A stretch of 17,877 nt of DNA from assembly GCA_016839365.1 (NCBI GenBank), contig JAEOUH010000081.1, positions 1-17,877 on the forward strand. Reading direction: 5' to 3'. The notes beneath the pieces were generated by a model. The model was not told the DNA's origin, made no database searches, and saw only the letters and a program-made list of their open reading frames with translations. This DNA comes from Candidatus Hermodarchaeota archaeon. Lineage in GTDB: Archaea; Asgardarchaeota; Hermodarchaeia; Hermodarchaeales; Hermodarchaeaceae. The translations under genes and the position numbers were made by a program. Below are positions 1-6,381 of the stretch, piece after piece (the first letter of the stretch is position 1; each line of letters opens with the position of its first letter).

Positions 1-999
1 GAAACCTTGGAAACCTTCCGAAAGGAGGGAAAAACCATCATTCTCATTACTCACAAGCTCCGGGAACCAATGGCGTTATGTGACCGTATCACAGTGCTTC
101 GTGATGGTGAACTTGTGGGAACGGTAAATAAGAAAGAAACTTCAATGGAACAACTAGCAAAAATGATGGTTGGACGGAAGGTAGTCTTTAGGGTATTAAA
201 AACCCCTGCAAAGCCTGGTGAAACGATTCTTAAAATTAAAAATCTTCATGTTCTAGACGATCGAGGCCTTCCTGCTGTCAGAGGTATTTCACTTGATGTA
301 AAAGTCGGAGAAATTCTTGGCTTAGCCGGTGTTCATGGAAATGGACAACGGGAACTTGTTGAGGCCATATGGGGGCTCCGTAAACCCACTGATGGAGAAA
401 TACTCTTTGAGAAACAGAAAATCACCACAATGAATCCCCGGCAAGTACGTAGATTAGGAGTTGGCTTTATTCCAGAAGATCGACGAAAATACGGGCTAAT
501 TCTGGATTTCTCCACTAAAGAAAACTTGATACTTGGAGGGCATCATGAACCTCCCTTTGTCGCAGGTCCCAGACACATTCTCTTGGATGGAGCGACTATT
601 GAGGATTATTCTAATTTCCTGGTAAAGGACTACTCTATCCGATTACAAAATATAGAACAGCCGGTCTCTAACCTTTCTGGAGGGAATCAGCAAAAGGTTG
701 TAGCGGCTCGGGCATTAGGTCCTAATCCTAAGCTAATCCTTGCCTCTAATCCAACAAGGGGACTTGATGTTGGAGCCACCGAGTTCATACATAATACACT
801 CATTGCTATGCGAGACCGGGGTGTAGGAATTTTTCTTGTTTCGGGCGACTTGGATGAAGTTCGTAATCTTGCGGACCGTATTGCCGTTATCTTTGAGGGA
901 CGGATTGTTGCAATAAAGAGTCCGGAAGAAACCAATGAACGCGAACTGGGACTTCTGATGGCGGGCGAAACTGATAAAATGGTGCAGGAGCCAGCATGA
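1..999 (+). CDS. ABC transporter ATP-binding subunit, CUT2/nucleoside family with tandem NBDs (NupO/YufO-like); 5'-truncated by the window edge
   Basis: The frame is open from base 1, so the TTG at 7 is probably internal. It has the H-loop ITHKL of NBD1, then a degenerate Walker A (GVHGNGQRE), IPEDR, the signature LSGGNQQK and NPTRGLD of NBD2. Two permease genes follow. Confidence 0.95.
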   Translation, partial: ETLETFRKEGKTIILITHKLREPMALCDRITVLRDGELVGTVNKKETSMEQLAKMMVGRKVVFRVLKTPAKPGETILKIKNLHVLDDRGLPAVRGISLDVKVGEILGLAGVHGNGQRELVEAIWGLRKPTDGEILFEKQKITTMNPRQVRRLGVGFIPEDRRKYGLILDFSTKENLILGGHHEPPFVAGPRHILLDGATIEDYSNFLVKDYSIRLQNIEQPVSNLSGGNQQKVVAARALGPNPKLILASNPTRGLDVGATEFIHNTLIAMRDRGVGIFLVSGDLDEVRNLADRIAVIFEGRIVAIKSPEETNERELGLLMAGETDKMVQEPA

Positions 1000-2609
1000 T
1001 GAGCGAATCAGAACCAAATGAATACGAAATCTCTGAATGGCAAAAACCTGAAAAAAAACGTCGCGGAATTGGGGGCATCTTTGGAGGCCTCTGGAAAGCG
1101 TATGTGAATTTCCTCGACTGGTCTAACCTCAAACCATTATTGATTCAAATCGGATGGGCTATTAGTTCTATCATTCTTTCCATGTTTGTCGCATCACTGA
1201 TCATGTTAGCCACAGGTTACGACCCACGCATTGCCTTCGAAACACTCATTTTTGGAGCCCTGGATCAGCCCGACCAAATCTTGTGGTATGCGACACCTCT
1301 CATATTTACTGGCCTTGCTGTGGCCTTAGCTTTTAAGGCTGGTCTGTTCAATATTGGTGCTGAAGGCCAGCTGTATATGGGATCGATGGCGGCGACTGTT
1401 GTCGGATTCATGATCCTTCTTCCTCCTGTCATTCATCCCTTCATCGCTCTACTGGTAGGGATTCTTATGGGTGGTGTCTGGGCTTTAGTGCCTGGATTGT
1501 TAAAGGCTTATCGAGGTGCTCATGAAGTTGTTACCACAATGATGATGAGCTTCATTGCGATTCTCCTTACTCAATGGCTGGCAGCAGGACCTTTACAGGA
1601 GCCCGGTCAAATTCAACCACAGGCTCAAACTCCTCGCATCTTTATAACCGCTCAGCTTCCCAAACTCTTTGGTTCAAATTTCCTTAATTTTGGCTTCATT
1701 ATTGGAATCTTTGCAGTAATTGTTGTTTGGCTCTTACTTAACCGAACGGTTCTTGGTTATGAGATGCGTGCGGTCGGGAAGAGTGAAACAGCCGCGAGAG
1801 CCGCTGGTATTAACCCGAAGAAGATGATTGTTATCTCCCTTTTCATCAGCGGTTGCCTGGCAGGACTCGCTGGTGCTGTCGAAATCCTCGGATACCACCA
1901 CCGTTTCCGGGATGGGTGGTCTGCTGGTTTAGGATTTGATGGAATTACAGTGGCTGTACTTGGTGCGAATAATCCGATTGGCGTATTATTCGGAGCTATC
2001 TTTTTTGGGTTTCTCCGTGCAGGGAGCATACCGATGCAAACGCTTGGAGGCGTTCCTGCGGAAATGATTGATGTCATTCAGGGCCTTGTTGTACTGTTCG
2101 TTGCGGCTCCAAAGATTGTGCAATGGCTAGCAAAGAAAGGAATTGGATGGGCTAAATGGATAGTAAAGGAGCCGGTGAAGGCTACACCTATTTTCCTTGG
2201 AGCTATCATGGCATTAATTGGAGGCATTGCAGTTCTAGCTGTTGGTGCTGGAATGCTCGGGACTTTGGTACAAGCGGGTTTAATAGGAGATATCTTCAAC
2301 CTGATCATGACTGACCCATTCATTGCCACACATGTTGGCATCCTAACAGTAGCCCTAATATTCGGCTTAATTTCACTCGCCGTATTCTATGGTATGATAG
2401 TCACCCGAAGATGGTCTCCGATAATCCTTATCCCATCTTCAATTATCTGGATTGCCATCGGATACGTTACCATGATATTATACGGTGGAACTTTACTCAT
2501 TCCACTGGTTGTCCTAGGAGTGTTAGGAATGGTCTTTGCGATATGGAGTTTAATTCTCATATATAGACAAGACGTTTCCTACATGGAGGTGAAAACTAGT
2601 GCAACTTGA
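996..2609 (+). CDS. Nucleoside/sugar ABC transporter permease (NupP/YufP-like) with an extra C-terminal multi-TM extension
   Basis: ATGA overlap with the ATPase stop. Motifs GLFNIGAEGQ, GAHEVVTTMM, GYEMRAVG, GFDGITVAVLGANNPIG. Confidence 0.93.
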   Translation: MMSESEPNEYEISEWQKPEKKRRGIGGIFGGLWKAYVNFLDWSNLKPLLIQIGWAISSIILSMFVASLIMLATGYDPRIAFETLIFGALDQPDQILWYATPLIFTGLAVALAFKAGLFNIGAEGQLYMGSMAATVVGFMILLPPVIHPFIALLVGILMGGVWALVPGLLKAYRGAHEVVTTMMMSFIAILLTQWLAAGPLQEPGQIQPQAQTPRIFITAQLPKLFGSNFLNFGFIIGIFAVIVVWLLLNRTVLGYEMRAVGKSETAARAAGINPKKMIVISLFISGCLAGLAGAVEILGYHHRFRDGWSAGLGFDGITVAVLGANNPIGVLFGAIFFGFLRAGSIPMQTLGGVPAEMIDVIQGLVVLFVAAPKIVQWLAKKGIGWAKWIVKEPVKATPIFLGAIMALIGGIAVLAVGAGMLGTLVQAGLIGDIFNLIMTDPFIATHVGILTVALIFGLISLAVFYGMIVTRRWSPIILIPSSIIWIAIGYVTMILYGGTLLIPLVVLGVLGMVFAIWSLILIYRQDVSYMEVKTSAT

Positions 2610-3525
2610 TCCAGCTACACTAATTCTCTTTGGATGGATTATCAACTCGACTCTCCAAGTGGGAACTCCCCTTGTATTGGCAGGTTTAGGCGGGATGTTC
2701 TCTGAACGCTCCGGTATCGTCAACATCGCCTTGGAAGGAATAATGCTAATGGGTGCCTTCGCAGCTGTGGCCGCAACTTACTTCACCGACAATCCATGGA
2801 TAGGGGTGTTGGTGGCCATCATATCAGGAGTTCTACTTGCTGCGGTCCATGCTGTTATCTGCGTAAAACTCAAGGGCAACCATATCATCAGCGGTACAGG
2901 CATCCTCCTATTTGCAGCTGGATTTACTACTCTTATGCTATTTGTAATCTGGGGGGTACGTGGAGTATCTCCAGGAGTAACCCCACTTCCAGAAATCTAT
3001 CTTCCAGGTATCGGTTATCTCTCTCCACTCATCTTTATCATGTTCGCACTAGTTCCTGTTTGTTGGTTCGTCCTATACCGAACCCCATTTGGTCTTCGAC
3101 TCCGCGCTGCAGGAGAAGACCCCAGTACTCTAGATGCTGCAGGAATTAATGTTGAGAAGTATCGAATCTATGGTGTCCTCCTTAGTGGGGCTTTCGCAGC
3201 CTTAGGTGGGGCTCAGTTGTCCATTGGATTTGGATCCTGGTTTGGAAAGGGAATGACGAGTGGTCAAGGGTTCATCGCCTTAGCTGCTATGATCTTTGGA
3301 AACTGGAACCCCATCGGGATATTGATAGCTGGTTTGTTCTTCGGCTTTACTAGAGGTATCAACTTCGCACTCCAAATTGCCCCTGGCTGGGATTGGCTCG
3401 TGGGGGTTGGTAACTTCATTCAGATGATTCCATATGTCTCCGTCATCGTAGCCCTTGGAATTATTCGTCGGTCTATTCCGCCGAAGGCTATTGCTATCCC
3501 CTATATTAAAGAAAAGGAAATCTAA
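2599..3525 (+). CDS. Nucleoside/sugar ABC transporter permease (NupQ/YufQ-like)
   Basis: GTG start preceded by GGAGGTGA. Motifs SERSGIVNIALEG, GLRLRAAGEDP, GQGFIALAAMIFGNW, QMIPY. Confidence 0.95.
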   Translation: MQLDPATLILFGWIINSTLQVGTPLVLAGLGGMFSERSGIVNIALEGIMLMGAFAAVAATYFTDNPWIGVLVAIISGVLLAAVHAVICVKLKGNHIISGTGILLFAAGFTTLMLFVIWGVRGVSPGVTPLPEIYLPGIGYLSPLIFIMFALVPVCWFVLYRTPFGLRLRAAGEDPSTLDAAGINVEKYRIYGVLLSGAFAALGGAQLSIGFGSWFGKGMTSGQGFIALAAMIFGNWNPIGILIAGLFFGFTRGINFALQIAPGWDWLVGVGNFIQMIPYVSVIVALGIIRRSIPPKAIAIPYIKEKEI

Positions 3526-3616
3526 GATTTCGACAGAGTAAAACTCGGTTCAGTCTACCAAGAGAAACGTTTAACCATGTAATCAGTAGCTATTAGACTA
3601 TAAGGAACGTGATATT

Positions 3617-3784
3617 TTGAGCTCTGATGACGTATGCCAAGCATGTGGAAAAATGGTGCAAACCCCAATTAAATGCTCCAACTGCAATGCCACCTTTCAC
3701 GTGACTTGCGTAAAGAAGAAGAAACGATATGAATGCCCGGTCTGCGGACACGAATCAGATAAACATGAACTGCGATTTGGATGA
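3617..3784 (+). CDS. Small C4HC3 zinc-finger protein (PHD/Nse1 RING-like), 55 aa
   Basis: Translated by hand from TTG 3617 to TGA 3782-3784: MSSDDVCQACGKMVQTPIKCSNCNATFHVTCVKKKKRYECPVCGHESDKHELRFG. Pattern C-x2-C-x9-C-x2-C-x4-H-x2-C-x8-C-x2-C. AAGGAACGTGA lies just upstream. It fills an otherwise empty gap. Confidence 0.85.
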   Translation: MSSDDVCQACGKMVQTPIKCSNCNATFHVTCVKKKKRYECPVCGHESDKHELRFG

Positions 3785-3809
3785 CATCATTTCGCTTTTT
3801 GTGTGTAAG

Positions 3810-4292
3810 TTAAAGCTGCTTTAGTTTCTCCGCAGCCTCCTTAACGAAATCTGGAGCATTCCTCATTTTCGCTGTAGACAAGACCATAGCCCGGTAATTC
3901 CCGAATTGGTCAAGGGCAATATCAAGCTTACCACAGACTTCAGTGACAAATCCTGCTTTGTCCTCTGACAATTCAGTTTCGATTACGACCTGCGCGAAAG
4001 ACTTCTGGCTAGGTGCAATCTTACGTTCATGCTGAGGTTCACCAAAACAGGCGGTTACTGCAGTAATTTGTTCATCAGTGGACACACGAATATGCACTTC
4101 GACTTTCATTGTTCCTCGATCTGTGGTACTCGTCACCAGTTGAGCCGAGAAGGATCGATCATCCGTCCGTGCACTCAACCCGCCACCCATATCAGCTTCT
4201 TGGGGAACAATATCAAGTCTGTCGCAAATACATTTGAATGCCCTTTGAGCTGGTGGTACAGTTGGAAATTCATAACTAAGCTCTTTGTGCAT
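3810..4292 (-). CDS. Hypothetical soluble protein (~160 aa)
   Basis: Non-overlapping ORF with protein-like composition. AAAGGTG upstream favours ATG 4292 over GTG 4301. A TATA-like TTTTATTAA lies on the minus strand at 4349-4341. Confidence 0.75.
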   Translation of the reverse strand: MHKELSYEFPTVPPAQRAFKCICDRLDIVPQEADMGGGLSARTDDRSFSAQLVTSTTDRGTMKVEVHIRVSTDEQITAVTACFGEPQHERKIAPSQKSFAQVVIETELSEDKAGFVTEVCGKLDIALDQFGNYRAMVLSTAKMRNAPDFVKEAAEKLKQL

Positions 4293-4317
4293 CAGACACA
4301 CCTTTCAGAGCAATAAT

Positions 4318-4340
4318 GAAACCACTGAGTGAATGGTTTC
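4318..4340. promoter_or_regulatory. Inverted repeat GAAACCA-N9-TGGTTTC, possible operator
   Basis: Perfect 7-bp arms located between the minus-strand TATA-like box and the start of the 3810-4292 gene. Confidence 0.35.
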
Positions 4341-4434
4341 TTAATAAAATATCGTGTGAAATACCGTGAATCCAAGGAGTCCTAAATAAAACCCTATTCA
4401 TGATCTTGACGTTTGAGTCGGCTCTAGAATAAAG

Positions 4435-4450
4435 CACAAGCCTATATAGC
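4435..4450 (+). promoter_or_regulatory. Putative archaeal BRE/TATA promoter of the PLD gene
   Basis: CACAAG-CC-TATATAG shortly upstream of the ORF. Confidence 0.45.
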
Positions 4451-4460
4451 AAAATGCTAA

Positions 4461-5813
4461 ATGAGAATGAATGGTACCCACCGATTCATGGGAGACTTGC
4501 CAATGCGGCGAACAATTCTTACACGATTAATATTACTCCTCTTTATCGGGGTCATGGTTCTGCCTTTTTTGTCACCTGCCTCCGATACCTCGCTAAACAT
4601 CACTGCCCAACCTCCGGCTTTAGACAAACCCGCGTCGATTTATTCTGGCTCAGCGACTGTTACCTGTTACTCCTCGCCTGATTCAAGTTTCGACATCATA
4701 ATAGACCTTTTGCAAAACACCGAGAACGAAATGCAGATCATGGTATATGCACTCACCAACTGGTTTCTCATCAAAGAAATCCATGATGCCCTTGCCCGAA
4801 ATGGCACCATGGAAATCACCATCATTGTTTCTTGGAAATGGGCTTCACCGGCTGAGCGTTCACTCACAAAAGGCGCTTTCTACAACCTTTCACAAAATGC
4901 AGCCTTTGGATCCAATCTGCAACTCTACTTTTCCGAAGACACTTACCTTGAATTCACACATGCAAAATTCATGATTTTCGATCAAGAAGCACTCGTTGTG
5001 CAAAGTGCGAACTGGGCAAAATCCGGTGTTCCGCCTGCCAACAGCGCTGGGAACCGTGAATGGGGTGTAGTCATTGAACAACCTGATGTTATCGATTACT
5101 TCTATGATACCTTCATACATGACCTAACCCTTGATAATGTTGAACCCTACGTTCCTGTTATTGCTGATGAAGAAGAATTCACTGATAACATCTCGACAGG
5201 TTCCTATCCAGCACCATTCACTAGCCAAACGTTTTCTGGCTCCATGAGCATCCAATGTGTCCTCTCACCAGACAACGATATTCCAACGATTAAAGCCCTC
5301 ATCGACTCTGCCACCTCAGCCCTAAAGGTCCAACAGATGTATTCAAAGCTCGATTGGGATGGAGCTCCAAATCAATTCAATGATGCCATCATTGCAGCCG
5401 CTGCACGAGGAGTAGAATGCCAAGTCATTCTCGACAACCAGAGTTCCGGGATGCAAGAAGTAGCCAATCTGTTAATGGCTAACGGCGTGGATGTCCGATT
5501 CAGCAATCAAAACTATTTTGGTTGGACACACAACAAAGGCGTCATCGTTGATGGACAAAAGGTCCTCATCTCCAGCATCAACTGGAGTTATGAATCCACC
5601 CACGAAAACCGAGAAGCGGGAGTTATCATCACTCACTCAGGTGTCGCTAACTATTTCACCCAGATTTTCAACTGGGATTGGAACGCTGGCACAACCCTCA
5701 CGGCCCCCCCGCCCCCAGAACCAATTCCCTTAGAATACATCATCATCGGGGTCGTTGTAGTAGTCATCCTAGCGATTGGAGGGTGGGTTTACCAACGATA
5801 CCTGAAGAAGTAA
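4461..5813 (+). CDS. Secreted, C-terminally membrane-anchored phospholipase D-superfamily protein with two HKD motifs (nuclease or phospholipase)
   Basis: HAKFMIFD...QSANW...NREWGV and HNKGVIVD...SSINW...NREAGV. Signal-like MRRTILTRLILLLFIGVMVLPFLSPAS, so the true start may be ATG 4503. Ends in a PPPPEP linker, TM helix and RYLKK tail. Confidence 0.9.
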   Translation: MRMNGTHRFMGDLPMRRTILTRLILLLFIGVMVLPFLSPASDTSLNITAQPPALDKPASIYSGSATVTCYSSPDSSFDIIIDLLQNTENEMQIMVYALTNWFLIKEIHDALARNGTMEITIIVSWKWASPAERSLTKGAFYNLSQNAAFGSNLQLYFSEDTYLEFTHAKFMIFDQEALVVQSANWAKSGVPPANSAGNREWGVVIEQPDVIDYFYDTFIHDLTLDNVEPYVPVIADEEEFTDNISTGSYPAPFTSQTFSGSMSIQCVLSPDNDIPTIKALIDSATSALKVQQMYSKLDWDGAPNQFNDAIIAAAARGVECQVILDNQSSGMQEVANLLMANGVDVRFSNQNYFGWTHNKGVIVDGQKVLISSINWSYESTHENREAGVIITHSGVANYFTQIFNWDWNAGTTLTAPPPPEPIPLEYIIIGVVVVVILAIGGWVYQRYLKK

Positions 5814-5836
5814 GAATCCACTGAGGTAAGTGTCTA

Positions 5837-5885
5837 AGGAGAGGACACCCCCAGCGGCTGGGCTTCCTCTCCTCAAACCTTTTTT
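5837..5885 (+). terminator. Hairpin followed by a T-tract between convergent genes
   Basis: AGGAGAGGA (5837-5845) pairs with TCCTCTCCT (5865-5873), with an inner CCCAG/CTGGG stem, followed by a T6 run at 5880-5885. Confidence 0.5.
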
Positions 5886-5906
5886 GTAGCAATGGCTGAA
5901 GCATTA

Positions 5907-6164
5907 CTAATCATAAAACGGGATATCCCCGCTTAGAAATCTGTAGACAAAGCGCTTCAGGGCTGCCTCCCCTTCCAAAGTGGGTCCTGCCCGCCAGTGA
6001 AGTCGACATATATAATCTAATAGGGGTCGGAGCCGTTGTACCTGGTCGGCTCTTAGCATCGCACTATGCTGGGCTGGGTCACGGTGCGGCTGAAGCTCAC
6101 GGAGCACTTCCCACAAAATACGATCGGCTTCTGATTGAGGTTGCACCAGATAAGTCAAGTTCAA
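5907..6164 (-). CDS. Small hypothetical, probably helical protein (85 aa)
   Basis: TTG start with GAAGAGG upstream, tandem TAG TAA stops, and no overlap with neighbours. Confidence 0.6.
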   Translation of the reverse strand: MNLTYLVQPQSEADRILWEVLRELQPHRDPAQHSAMLRADQVQRLRPLLDYICRLHWRAGPTLEGEAALKRFVYRFLSGDIPFYD

Positions 6165-6308
6165 TACGCCTCTTCAGAAAAAAGATTCAGCACCTGCATA
6201 CTAAAAGCCAGAGAGGGCTAGTGATAAGTGAACAGCTTGCCAAAAGACCAAACCAGGCTCTTTGATGTGAAATGTTAATCACTTGGGCTTTGAAAGGGAA
6301 CGATTACA

Positions 6309-6342
6309 GTTCTCATGTTGAGAACGATACAAGAGTATAAGT
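6309..6342 (+). promoter_or_regulatory. Palindrome GTTCTCA-N3-TGAGAAC next to a putative BRE/TATA (AAGAG-TATAAG) of the GH38 gene
   Basis: Perfect 7-bp arms at 6309-6315 and 6319-6325. TATAAG at about 6336-6341. Confidence 0.45.
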
Positions 6343-6381
6343 CAACGAACCACACACCTATCCTCCTAAGTATCTCATCCG

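Noticed and set aside
322-351. Degenerate Walker A (GVHGNGQRE) as a sign of pseudogenisation
   Set aside because: This is normal for the second NBD of CUT2-family ATPases.
333-3149. Short alternative-frame and antisense ORFs inside the ABC operon
   Set aside because: They lie entirely within well-supported genes and have no motifs; shadow ORFs.
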